Source: the human T2T-CHM13v2.0 reference genome, Homo sapiens. Taken from it: a stretch of DNA of 64,000 nucleotides. The translations under genes were made by a program, and so were the position numbers. Location of the stretch: NCBI RefSeq assembly GCF_009914755.1, contig NC_060941.1, one strand, 5' to 3'. The notes below the pieces were generated by a model. The model was not told the DNA's origin and searched no databases. It saw nothing but the letters and a program-made list of their open reading frames with translations. Position 1 is the stretch's first letter. Every line of letters begins with the position of its first letter. This document shows, piece by piece, positions 12,730 to 26,500 of this stretch.

Positions 12730-15614
12730 GAATTCGTTGGAAACGGGATAATTTCAGCTGACTAAACAGAAGCAGTCTCAGAATCTTCTTTGTGATGTTT
12801 GCATTCAAATCCCAGAGTTGAACTTTCCTTTCAAAGTTCACGTTTGAAACACTCTTTTTGCAGGATCTACAAGTGGATATTTGGACCACTCTGTGTCCTT
12901 CGTTCGAAACGGGTATATCTTCACATGACATCTAGACAGAAGCATTCTCAGAAGCTTCTCTGTGATGACTGCATTCAACTCACGGAGTTGAACACTCCTT
13001 TTGAGAGCGCAGTTTTGAAACTCTCTTTCTGTGGCATCCGCAAGGGGACATGTAGACCTCTTTGAAGATTTCGTTGGAAACGGAATCATCTTCACATAAA
13101 AACTATACAGATGCATTCTCAGGAACTTTTTGGTGATGTTTGTATTCAACTCCCAGAGTTGAACTTTCCTTTGGAAAGAGCAGCTATGAAACACTCTTTT
13201 TCTAGAATCTGCAAGTGGACGTTTGGAGGGCTTTGTGGTTTGTGGTGGAAAAGGAAATATCTTCACCTAAATACTAGAGAGAAGCATTCTCAGAAACTGC
13301 TTTGTGATGATTGCATTCACCTCACAGAGTTGAACATTCCTATTGATAGAGCAGGTTGGAAACACTCTTGTTGTGGAATGTGCAAGTGGAGATTTGGAGC
13401 GCTTTGAGGCCTATGGTAGTAAAGGGAATAGCTTCATAGAAAAACTAGACAGAAGCATTCTCAGAAAATACTTTGTGATGATTGAGTTGAACTCACAGAG
13501 CTGAACATTCCTTTGGATGGAGCAGGTTTGAGACACACTTTTTGTAGAATCTACAAGTGGATATTTCGACCTCTCTGAGGATTTCGTTGGAAACGGGATA
13601 ACTGCACCTAACTAAACGGAAGGATTCTCAGAAACTTCTTGGTGATGTTTGCATTCAAATCCCAGAGTTGAACCTTCCTTTGATAGTTCAGGTTTGAAAC
13701 ACTCTTTTTGTAGGATCTGCAAGTGGCTATTTGGACCACTCTGTGGCATTCGTTCAAAACGGGTATATCTTCGCATAAAATCTAGACAGAAGCCTTCTCA
13801 GAAACTTCTCTGCGATGATTGCATTCAACACACAGAGTTGAACCCTCCTATGGATAGAGCAGTGTTGAAACTCTCTTTTTGTGGAATCTGCAAGTGGATA
13901 TGTGGACCTCTTTGAAGATGTCTTTGGAAACGGGAATATCTTCACATAAAAACTAAACGGAAGCATTCTCAGAAACTTCTCTGTGATGTTTGTGTTCAAC
14001 TCCCAGAGTTTCACATTGCTTTTCATAGAGTAGTTCTGAAACATGCTTTTCGTAGTGTCTACAAGTGGACATTTTGAGCGCCTCCAGGCCTGTGGTGGAA
14101 AACGAATTATGGTCACATAAAAACTGGAGAGAAGCATTGTCAGAAACTTCTTTGTGATGATTGCATTCAACTCACAGAGTTGAAGGTTCCTTTTCAAAGA
14201 GCAGTTTCCAATCACTCTTTCTGTGGAATCTGCAAGTGGATATTTCGACCTATTTTGAAGATTTTGTTGGAAACGGGATAATCTTCACAGAAAAGCTAAA
14301 CAGAAGCATTCTCAGAAACTTCTTTGTGATGCTTGCATTCAACTCACAGAGTTGAACTTTCCTTTCGAGAGAGAAGCTTTGAAACACTCTTTTTCCAGAA
14401 TCTGCAAGTGGACATTTGGAGGGCTTTGAGGCCTGTGGTGGAAAAGGAATTATCTTCCCGTAAAAGCTAGATAGAAGCATTCTCAGAAACTACTTTGTGA
14501 TGATTGCATTCAAGTCACAGAGTTGAACATTCCCTTTGACAGAGCAGTTTGGAAACTCTCTTTGTGTAGAATCTGCAAGTGGAGATATGGACCGCTTTGA
14601 GGCCTATGGTAGTAAAGGAAATAGCTTCATATAAAAGCTAGACAGTAGCATTCACAGAAAACTCTTGGTGACGACTGAGTTTAACTCACAGAGCTGAACA
14701 TTCCTTTGGATGGAGCAGTTTCGAAACACACTATTTGTAGAATCTGCAAGTGGATATTTGGGCCTCTCTGAGGATTTCGTTGGAAACGGGATAAACCGCA
14801 CAGAACTAAAACAGAAGCATTCTCAGAGCCCTCTTCGTGATGTTTGCATTCAACTCACAGTGCTGAACCTTTCTTTGATAGTGCAGCTTTGAAACACTCT
14901 TTTTGTAGAAACTGCAAGTGGATATTTGGTCCTCTCTGAGGATTTCGTTGGAAACGGGATAAACCGCACAGAACTAAAACAGAAGCATTCTCAGAACCCT
15001 CTTCGTGATGTTTGCATTCAACTCACAGTGCTGAACCTTTCTTTGATAGTGCAGCTTTGAAACACTCTTTTTGTAGAAACTGCAAGTGGATATTTGGTCC
15101 TCTCTGAGGATTTCGTTGGAAACGGGATAAATCCCACAGAACTAAAACAGAAGCATTCTCAGAACCCTCTTCGTGATGTTTGCATTCAACTCACAGTGCT
15201 GAACCTTTCTTTGATAGTTCAGCTTTGAAACACTGTTCTTGTAGAAACTGTAAGTGGATATTTGGTCCTCTCTGAGGATTTCGTTGGAAACGGGATAATC
15301 CGCACAGAACTAAACAGAAGCATTCTCAGAACCTTCTTCGTGATGTCTGCATTCAACTCACAGTGTGGAACCTTTCTTTGATAGTTCAGGTTTGAAACAC
15401 TCTTTTTGTAGAAACTGCAAGGGGATAATTGCACTTCTTTGAGGCCTACCGTAGTAAAGGAAATAACTTCCTATAGAAAGAAGACAGAAGCTTTCTCAGA
15501 AAATTCTTTGGGATGATTGAGTGGAACTCACAGAGCTGAACATTCCTTGCGATGTAGCAGTTTAGAAACACACTTTCTGCAGAATCTGCAAGTGCATATT
15601 TGGACCTCTCTGAG
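12730..15614 (+). repeat. HOR 5, 17-mer variant (2885 bp; Mz, Mz, My)
   Basis: EcoRI spacing 2885; M monomers at ~14818, 14986, 15154. Confidence 0.9.
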
Positions 15615-18330
15615 GAATTCGTTGGAAACGGGATAATTTCAGCTGACTAAACAGAAGCAGTCTCAGAATCTTCTTTGTGATGTTTGCATTCAAATCCCAG
15701 AGTTGAACTTTCCTTTCAAAGTTCACGTTTGAAACACTCTTTTTGCAGGATCTACAAGTGGATATTTGGACCACTCTGTGTCCTTCGTTCGAAACGGGTA
15801 TATCTTCACATGACATCTAGACAGAAGCATTCTCAGAAGCTTCTCTGTGATGACTGCATTCAACTCACGGAGTTGAACACTCCTTTTGAGAGCGCAGTTT
15901 TGAAACTCTCTTTCTGTGGCATCTGCAAGGGGACATGTAGACCTCTTTGAAGATTTCGATGGAAACGGAATCATCTTCACATAAAAACTATACAGATGCA
16001 TTCTCAGGAACTTTTTGGTGATGTTTGTATTCAACTCCCAGAGTTGAACTTTCCTTTGGAAAGAGCAGCTATGAAACACTCTTTTTCTAGAATCTGCAAG
16101 TGGACGTTTGGAGGGCTTTGTGGTTTGTGGTGGAAAAGGAAATATCTTCACCTAAATCCTAGAGAGAAGCATTCTCAGAAACTGCTTTGTGATGATTGCA
16201 TTCACCTCACAGAGTTGAACATTCCTATTGATAGAGCAGTTTGGAAACACTCTTGTTGTGGAATGTGCAAGTGGAGATTTGGAGCGCTTTGTGGCCTATG
16301 GTAGTAAAGGGAATAGCTTCATAGAAAAACTAGACAGAAGCATTCTCAGAAAATACTTTGTGATGATTGAGTTGAACTCACAGAGGTGAACATTCCTTTG
16401 GATGGAGCAGGTTTGAGACACACTTTTTGTAGAATCTACAAGTGGATATTTGGACCTCTCTGAGGATTTCGTTGGAAACGGGATAACTGCACCTAACTAA
16501 ACGGAAGCATTCTCAGAAACTTCCTGGTGATGTTTGCATTCAAATCCCAGAGTTGAACCTTCCTTTGATAGTTCAGGTTTGAAACACTCTTTTTGTAGGA
16601 TGTGCAAGTGGATATTTGGACCACTCTGTGGCCTTCGTTCAAAACGGGTACATCTTCGCATAATATCTAGACAGAAGCCTTCTGAGAAACTTCTCTGTGA
16701 TGATTGCATTCATCTCACAGAGTTGAACCCTCCAATGGATAGAGCAGTGTTGAAACTCTCTTTTTGTGGAATCTGCAAGTAGATATGTGGACCTCGCCGA
16801 AGATGTCTTTGGAAACGGGAATATCTTCACATAAAAACTAAACAGAAGCATTCTCAGAAACTTCTCTGTGATGTTTGTGTTCAACTCCCAGAGTTTCACG
16901 TTGCTTTTCATAGAGTAGTTCTGAAACATGCTTTTCGTAGTGTCTGCAAGTGGACATTTGGAGCGCTTTCAGGCCTGTGGTGGAAAACGAATTATGGTCA
17001 CATAAAAACTGGAGAGAAGCATTGTCAGAAACTTCTTTGTGATGATTGCATTCAACTCACAGAGTTGAAGGTTCCTTTTCAAAGAGCAGTTTCCAATCAC
17101 TCTTTCTGTGGAATCTGCAAGTGGATATTTCGACCTCTTTGATGATTTCGTTGGAAACGGGAGAACATTCACAGAAAAGCTAAACAGAAGCATTCTCAGA
17201 AACTTCTTTGTGATGCTTGCATTCAACTCACAGAGTTGAACTTTCCTTTCGAGAGAGAAGCTTTGAAACACTCTTTTTCCAGAATGTGCAAGTGGACATT
17301 TGGAGGGCTTTGAGGCCTGTGGTGGAAAAGGAATTATCTTCCCGTGAAAGCTAGATAGAAGCATTCTCAGAAACTACTTTGTGATGATTGCATTCAAGTC
17401 ACAGAGTTGAACATTCCCTTTGACAGAGCAGTTTGGAAACTCTCTTTGTGTAGAATCTGCAAGTGGAGATATGGACCGCTTTGAGGCCTATGGTAGTAAA
17501 GGAAATAGCTTCATATAAAAGCTAGACAGTAGCATTCACAGAAAACTCTTGGTGACGACTGAGTTTAACTCACAGAGCTGAACATTCCTTTGGATGGAGC
17601 AGTTTCGAAACACACTATTTGTAGAATGTGCAAGTGGATATTTGGGCCTCTCTGAGGATTTCGTTGGAAACGGGATAAAACGCACAGAACTAAATCAGAA
17701 GCATTCTCAGAGCCCTCTTCGTGATGTTTGCATTCAACTCACAGTGCTGAACCTTTCTTTGATAGTGCAGCTTTGAAACACTCTTTTTGTAGAAACTGCA
17801 AGTGGATATTTGGTCCTCTCTGAGGATTTCGTTGGAAATGGGATAAACCGCACAGAACTAAAACAGAAGCATTCTCAGAACCCTCTTCGTGATGTTTGCA
17901 TTCAACTCACAGTGCTGAACCTTTCTTTGATAGTTCAGCTTTGAAACACTCTTCTTGTAGAAACTGCAAGTGGATATTTGGTCCTCTCTGAGGATTTCGT
18001 TGGAAACGGGATAAACTGCACAGAACTAAACAGAAGCATTCTCAGAACCTTCTTCGTGATGTCTGCATTCAACTCACAGTGTGGAACCTTTCTTTGATAG
18101 TTCAGGTTTGAAACACTCTTTTTGTAGAAAGTGCAAGGGGATAATTGCACTTCTTTGAGGCCTACCGTAGTAAAGGAAATAACTTCCTATAGAAAGAAGA
18201 CAGAAGCTTTCTCAGAAAATTCTTTGGGATGATTGAGTGGAACTCACAGAGCTGAACATTCCTTGCGATGTAGCAGTTTAGAAACACACTTTCTGCAGAA
18301 TCTGCAAGTGCATATTTGGACCTCTCTGAG
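15615..18330 (+). repeat. HOR 6, 16-mer (2716 bp; Mz, My)
   Basis: EcoRI spacing 2716. Confidence 0.9.
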
Positions 18331-20877
18331 GAATTCGTTGGAAACGGGATAATTTCAGCTGACTAAACAGAAGCAGTCTCAGAATCTTCTTTGTGATGTT
18401 TGCATTCAAATCCCAGAGTTGAACTTCCCTTTCAAAGTTCACGTTTGAAACACTCTTTTTGCAGGATCTACAAGTGGATATTTGGAGCACTCTGTGTCCT
18501 TCGTTCGAAACGGGTATATCTTCACATGACATCTAGACAGAAGCATTCTCAGAAGCTTCTCTGTGATGACTGCATTCAACTCACGGAGTTGAACACTCCT
18601 TTTGAGAGCGCAGTTTTGAAACTCTCTTTCTGTGGCATCTGCAAGGGGACATGTGGACCTCTTTGAAGATTTCGTTGGAAACGGAATCATCTTCACATAA
18701 AAACTATACAGATGCATTCTCAGGAACTTTTTGGTGATGTTTGTATTCAACTCCCAGAGTTGAACTTTCCTTTGGAAAGAGCAGCTATGAAACACTCTTT
18801 TTCTAGAATCTGCAAGTGGACGTTTGGAGGGCTTTGTGGTTTGTGGTGGAAAAGGAAATATCTTCACCTAAATACTAGAGAGAAGCATTCTCAGAAACTG
18901 CTTTGTGATGATTGCATTCACCTCACAGAGTTGAACATTCCTATTGATAGAGCAGTTTGGAAACACTCTTGTTGTGGAATGTGCAAGTGGAGATTTGGAG
19001 CGCTTTGAGGCCTATGGTAGTAAAGGGAATAGCTTCATAGAAAAACTAGACAGAAGCATTCTCAGAAAATACTTTGTGATGATTGAGTTGAACTCACAGA
19101 GCTGAACATTCCTTTGGATGGAGCAGGTTTGAGACACACTTTTTGTAGAATCTACAAGTGGATATTTGGACCTCTCTGAGGATTTCGTTGGAAACGGGAT
19201 AACTGCACCTAACTAAACGGAAGCATTCTCAGAAACTTCTTGGTGATGTTTGCATTCAAATCCCAGAGTTGAACCTTCCTTTGATAGTTCAGGTTTGAAA
19301 CACTCTTTTTGTAGGATCTGCAAGTGGATATTTGGAACACTCTGTGGCCTTCGTTCAAAACGGGTACATCTTCGCATAAATCTAGACAGAAGCCTTCTCA
19401 GAAACTTCTCTGTGATGATTGCATTCAACTCACAGAGTTGAACCCTCCTATGGATAGAGCAGTGTTGAAACTCTCTTTTTGTGGAATCTGCAAGTGGATA
19501 TGTGGACCTCTCCGAAGATGTCTTTGGAAACGGGAATATCTTCACATAAAAACTAAACAGAAGCATTCTCAGAAACTTCTGTGTGATGTTTGTGTTCAAC
19601 TCCCAGAGTTTCACATTGCTTTTCATAGAGTAGTTCTGAAACATGCCTTTCGTAGTGTCTGCAAGTGGACATTTGGAGCGCTTTCAGGCCTGTGGTGGAA
19701 AACGAATTATGGTCACATAAAAACTGGAGAGAAGCATAGTCAGAAGCTTCTTTGTGATGATTGCATTCAACTCACAGAGTTGAAGGTTCCTTTTCAAACA
19801 GCAGTTTCCAATCACTCTTTCTGTGGAATCTGCAAGTGTATATTTGGACCTATTTTGAAGATTTCGTTGGAAACGGGATAATCTTCACAGAAAAGCTAAA
19901 CAGAAGCATTCTCAGAAACTTCTTTGTGATGCTTGTATTCAACTCACAGAGTTGAACTTTCCTTTCGAGAGAGAAGCTTTGAAACACTCTTTTTCCAGAA
20001 TCTGCAAGTGGACATTTGGAGGGCTTTGAGGCCTGTGGTGGAAAAGGAATTATCTTCCCGTAAAAGCTAGATAGAAGCATTCTCAGAAACTACTTTGTGA
20101 TGATTGCATTCAAGTCACAGAGTTGAACATTCCCTTTGACAGAGCAGTTTGGAAACTCTCTTTGTGTAGAATCTGCAAGTGGAGATATGGACCGCTTTGA
20201 GGCCTATGGTAGTAAAGGAAATAGCTTCATATAAAAGCTAGACAGTAGCATTCACAGAAAACTCTTGGTGACGACTGAGTTTAACTCACAGAGCTGAACA
20301 TTCCTTTGGATGGAGCAGTTTCGAAACACACTATTTGTAGAATCTGCAAGTGGATATGTGGGCCTCTCTGAGGATTTCGTTGGAAACGGGATAGAACGCA
20401 CAGAACTAAAACAGAAGCATTCTCAGAACCCTCTTCGTGATGTTTGCATTCAACTCACAGTGCTGAACCTTTCTTTGATAGTGCAGCTTTGAAACACTCT
20501 TTTTGTAGAAACTGCAAGTGGATATTTGGTCCTGTCTGAGGATTTCGTTGGAAACGGGATAAAACGCACAGAACTAAACAGAAGCAGTCTCAGAACCTTC
20601 TTCGTGATGTCTGCATTCAACTCACAGTGTGGAACCTTTCTTTGATAGTTCAGGTTTGAAACACTCTTTTTGTAGAAACTGCAAGGGGATAATTACCCTC
20701 TTTGAGGAGTACCGTAGTAAAGGAAATAACTTCCTATAGAAAGAAGACAGAAGCTTTCTCAGAAAATTCTTTGGGATGATTGAGTGGAACTCACAGAGCT
20801 GAACATTCCTTGCGATGTAGCAGTTTAGAAACACACTTTCTGCAGAATCTGCAAGTGCATATTTGGACCTCTCTGAG
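18331..20877 (+). repeat. HOR 7, 15-mer variant (2547 bp; one Mz-like monomer)
   Basis: EcoRI spacing 2547; N monomer carries the gaggagtacc variant at ~20705. Confidence 0.9.
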
Positions 20878-23591
20878 GAATTCGTTGGAAACGGGATAAT
20901 TTCAGCTGACTAAACAGAAGCAGTCTCAGAATCTTCTTTGTGATGTTTGCATTCAAATCCCAGAGATGAACTTTCCTTTCAAAGTTCACGTTTGAAACAC
21001 TCTTTTTGCAGGATCTACAAGTGGATATTTGGACCACTCTGTGTCCTTCGTTCGAAACGGGTATATCTTCACATGACATCTAGACAGAAGCATTCTCAGA
21101 AGCTTCTCTGTGATGACTGCATTCAACTCACGGAGTTGAACACTCCTTTTGAGAGCGCAGTTTTGAAACTCTCTTTCTGTGGCATCTGCAAGGGGACATG
21201 TAGACCTCTTTGAAGATTTCGTTGGAAACGGAATCATCTTCACATAAAAACTATACAGATGCATTCTCAGGAACTTTTTGGTGATGTTTGTATTCAACTC
21301 CCAGAGTTGAACTTTCCTTTGGAAAGAGCAGCTATGAAACACTCTTTTTCTAGAATCTGCAAGTGGACGTTTGGAGGGCTTTGTGGTTTGTGGTGGAAAA
21401 GGAAATATCTTCACCTAAATACTAGAGAGAAGCATTCTCAGAAACTGCTTTGTGATGATTGCATTCACCTCACAGAGTTGAACATTCCTATTGATAGAGC
21501 AGTTTGGAAACACTCTTGTTGTGGAATGTGCAAGTGGAGATTTGGAGCGCTTTGAGGCCTATGGTAGTAAAGGGAATAGCTTCATAGAAAATCTAGACAG
21601 AAGCATTCTCAGAAAATACTTTGTGATGATTGAGTTGAACTCACAGAGCTGAACATTCCTTTGGATGGAGCAGGTTTGAGACACACTTTTTGTAGAATCT
21701 ACAAGTGGATATTTGGACCTCTCTGAGGATTTCGTTGGAAACGGGATAACTGCACCTAACTAAACGGAAGCATTCTCAGAAACTTCTTGGTGATGTTTGC
21801 ATTCAAATCCCAGAGTTGAACCTTCCTTTGATAGTTCAGGTTTGAAACACTCTTTTTGTAGGATCTGCAAGTGGATATTTGGACCACTCTGTGGCCTTCG
21901 TTCGAAACGGGTATATCTTCGCATAAAATCTAGACAGAAGCCTTCTCAGAAACTTCTCTGCGATGATTGCATTCAACTCACAGAGTTGAACCCTCGTATG
22001 GATAGAGCAGTGTTGAAACTATGTTTTTGTGGAATCTGCAAGTGGATATGTGGACCTCGCCGAAGATGTCTTTGGAAACGGGAATATCTTCACATAAAAA
22101 CTAAACAGAAGCATTCTCAGAAACTTCTCTGTGATGTTTGTGTTCAACTCCCAGAGTTTCACGTTGCTTTTCATAGAGTAGTTCTGAAACATGCTTTTCG
22201 TAGTGTCTGCAAGTGGACATTTGGAGCGCTTTCAGGCCTGTGGTGGAAAACGAATTATGGTCACATAAAAACTGGAGAGAAGCATTGTCAGAAACTTCTT
22301 TGTGATGATTGCATTCAACTCACAGAGTTGAAGGTTCCTTTTCAAACAGCAGTTTCCAATCACTCTTTCTGTGGAATCTGCAAGGGGATATTTCGACCTC
22401 TTTGAAGATTTCGTTGGAAAAGGGAGAATCTTCACAGAAAAGCTAAACAGAAGCATTCTCAGAAACTTCTTTGTGATGCTTGCATTCAACTCACAGAGTT
22501 GAACTTTCCTTTCGAGAGAGAAGCTTTGAAACACTCTTTTTCCAGAATGTGCAAGTGGACATTTGGAGGGCTTTGAGGCCTGTGGTGGAAAAGGAATTAT
22601 CTTCCCGTAGAAGCTAGATAGAAGCATTCTCAGAAACTACTTTGTGATGATTGCATTCAAGTCACAGAGTTGAACATTCCCTTTGACAGAGCAGTTTGGA
22701 AACTCTCTTTGTGTAGAATCTGCAAGTGGAGATATGGACCGCTTTGAGGCCTATGGTAGTAATGGAAATGGCTTCATATGAAAGCTAGACAGTAGCATTC
22801 ACAGAAAACTCTTGGTGACGACTGAGTTTAACTCACAGAGCTGAACATTCCTTTGGATGGAGCAGTTTCGAAACACACTATTTGTAGAATGTGCAAGTGG
22901 ATATTTGGGCCTCTCTGAGGATTTCGTTGGAAACGGGATAAACCGCACAGAACTAAACAGAAGCATTCTCAGAACCTTCTTCGTGATGTTTGCATTCAAC
23001 TCACAGTGTTGAACCTTTCTTTGATAGTTCAGGTTTGAAACGGTCTTTCTGTAGAAACTGCAAGTAGATATTTGGACCTCTCTGAGGATTTCGTTGGAAA
23101 CGGGATAAACCGCACAGAACTAAACAGAAGCATTCTGAGAACCTTCTTAGTGATGTCTGCATTCAACTCACAGTGTGGAACCTTTCTTTGATAGTTCAGG
23201 TTTGAAACACTCTTCTTGTAGAAACTGCAAATGGATATTTGGTCCTCTCTGAGGATTTCGTTGGAAACGGGATAAACCGCACAGAACTAAACGGAAGCAT
23301 TCTCAGAACCTTCTTCGTGATGTCTGCATTCAACTCACAGTGTGGAACCTTTCTTTCATAGTTCAGGTTTGAAACACTCTTTTTGTAGAAACTGCACAGG
23401 AATAATTGCACTTCTTTGAGGCCTACCGTAGTAAAGGAAATAACTTCCTATAGAAAGAAGACAGAAGCTTTCACAGAAAATTCTTTGGGATGATTGAGTG
23501 GAAGTCACAGAGCTTAACATTCCTTGCGATGTAGCAGTTTAGAAACACACTTTCTGCAGAATCTGCAAGTGCATATTTGGACCTCTCTGAG
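20878..23591 (+). repeat. HOR 8, 16-mer (2714 bp; Mx plus hybrid N/My monomer), diverged 3' part
   Basis: EcoRI spacing 2714; hybrid monomer at ~23131-23297. Confidence 0.85.
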
Positions 23592-26500
23592 GAATTCGTT
23601 GGAAACGGAATAATTTCAGCTGACTAAACAGAAGCAGTCTCAGAATCGTCTTTGTGATGTTTGCATTCAAATCCCAGAGTTGAACTTTCCTTTGGAAGTT
23701 CACGTTTGAAACACTCTTTTTGCAGGATCTACAAGTGGATATTTGGACCACTCTGTGTCCTTCGTTCGAAACGGGTATATCTTCACATGACATCTAGACA
23801 GAAGCATTCTCAGAAGCTTCTCTGTGATGACTGCATTCAACTCACGGAGTTGAACACTCCTTTTGAGAGCGCAGTTTTGAAAATCTCTTTCTGTGACATC
23901 TGCAAGGGGACATGTAGAACTCTTTGAAGATTTCGTTGGAAACGGAATCATCTTCACATAAAAACTATACAGGTGCAATCTCAGGAACTTTTTGCTGATG
24001 TTTGTATTCAACTCCCAGAGTTGAACTTTCCTTTGGAAAGAGCAGCTATGAAACACTCTTTTTCTAGAATCTGCAAGTGGATGTTTGGAGGGCTTTGTGG
24101 TTTGTGGTGGAAAAGGAAATATCTTCACCTAAATACTAGAGAGAAGCATTCTCAGAAACTGCTTTGTGATGATTGCATTCATCTCACAGAGTTGAACATT
24201 CCTATTGATAGAGCAGTTTGGAAACACTCTTGTTGTGGAATGTTTAAGTGGAGATTTGGAGCGCTTTGAGGCCTATGGTAGTAAAGGGAATAGCTCCATA
24301 GAAAAATTAGACAGAAGCATTCTCAGAAAATACTTTGTGATGGTTGAGTTTAACTCACAGAGCTGAACATTCCTTTGGATGGAGCAGGTTTGAGACACAC
24401 TTTTTGTAGAATCTACAAGTGGATATTTGGACCTCTCTGAGGATTTCGTTGGAAACGGGATAAATGCACCTAACTAAACGGAAGCATTCTCAGAAACTTC
24501 TTGGTGATGTTTGCATTCAAATCCCAGAGTTGAACCTTCGTTTGATAGTTCAGGTTTGAAACACTCTTTTTGTAGGATCTGCAAGTGGATATTTGGACCA
24601 CTCTGTGGTCTTCGTTCGAAACGAGTATATCTTGGCATAAAATCTAGACAGAAGCCTTCTCAGAAACTTCTCTGTGATGATTGCATTCAACTCACAGAGT
24701 TGAACCCTCCTATGGATAGAGCAGTGTTGAAACTCTCTTTTTGTGGAATCTGCAAGTGGATATGTGGACCTCTCCGAAGATGACTTTGGAAACGGGAATA
24801 TCTTCACATAAAAACTAAACAGAAGCATTCTCAGAAACTTCTCTGTGATGTTTGTGTTCAACTCCCAGAGTTTCACATTGCTTTTCATAGAGTAGTTCTG
24901 AAACATGCTTTTCGTAGTGTCTGCAAGTGGACATTTGGAGCGCTTTCAGGCCTGTGGTGGAAAACGAATTATGGTCACATAAAAACTGGAGAGAATCATT
25001 GCCAGAAACTTCTTTGTGATGATTGCATTCAACTCACAGAGTTGAAGGTTCCTTTTCAAACAGCAGTTTCCAATCACTCTTTCTGTGGAATCTGCAAGTG
25101 GATATTTCGACCTCTTTGAAGATTTCGTTGGAAACGGGAGAATCTTCACAGAAAAGCTAAACAGAAGCATTCTCAGAAACTTCTTTGTGATGCTTGCATT
25201 CAACTCACAGAGTTGAACTTTCCTTTCGAGAGAGAAGCTTTGAAACACTCTTTTTCCAGAATCTGCAAGTGGACATTTGGAGGGCTTTGAGGCCTGTGGT
25301 GGAAAAGGAATTATCTTCCCGTAAAAGCTAGATAGAAGCATTCTCAGAAACTACATTGTGATGATTGCATTCAAGTCACAGAGTTGAACATTCCCTTTGA
25401 CAGAGCAGTTTGGAAACTCTCTTTGTGTAGAATCTGCAAGTGGAGATATGGACCGCTTTGAGGCCTATGGTAGTAAAGGAAATAGCTTCATATAAAAGCT
25501 AGACAGTAGCATTCACAGAAAACTCTTGGTGACGACTGAGTTTAACTCACAGAGCTGAACATTCCTTTGGATGGAGCAGTTTCGAAACACACTATTTGTA
25601 GAATGTGCAAGAGGATATTTGGGCCTCTATGAGGATTTCGTTGGAAACGGGATAAAGCACACAGAACTAAACAGAAGCATTCTCAGAACCTTCTTCGTGA
25701 TGTTTGCATTCAACTCACAGTGTTGAACCTTTCTTTGATAGTTCAGGTTTGAAACGGTCTTTCTGTAGAAACTGCAAGTAGATATTTGGACCTCTCTGAG
25801 GATATCTTTGGAAACGGGATAAACCGCACAGAACTAAAACAGAAGCATTCTCAGAAACTTCTCTGTGATGTTTGTGTTCAACTCCCAGAGTTTCACATTG
25901 CTTTTCATAGAGTAGTTCTGAAACATGCTTTTCGTAGTGTCTGCAAGTGGACATTTGGAGCGCTTTCAGGCCTGTGGTGGAAAACGAATTATGGTCACAT
26001 AAAAACTGGAGAGAAGCATTGTCAGAAACTTCTTTGTGATGATTGCATTCAACTCACAGAGTTGAAGGTTCCTTTTCAAACAGCAGTTTCCAATCACTCT
26101 TTCTGTGGAATCTGCAGGTGGATATTTGGACCGCTTTGAAGATTTCGTTGGAAACGGGAGAATCTTCACAGAAAAGCTAAACAGAAGCATTCTCAGAAAC
26201 TTCTTTGTGATGCTTGCATTCAACTCACAGAGTTGAACTTTCCTTTCGAGAGAGAAGCTTTGAAACACTCTTTTTTCAGAATCTGCAAGTGGACATTTGG
26301 AGGGCTTTGAGGCCTGTGGTGGAAAAGGAATTATCTTCCCGTAAAAGCTAGATAGAAGCATTCTCAGAAACTACTTTGTGATGATTGCATTCAAGTCACA
26401 GAGTTGAACATTCCCTTTGACAGAGCAGATTGGAAACTCTCTTTGTGTAGAATCTGCAAGTGGAGATATGGACCGCTTTGAGGCCTATGGTAGTAAAGGA

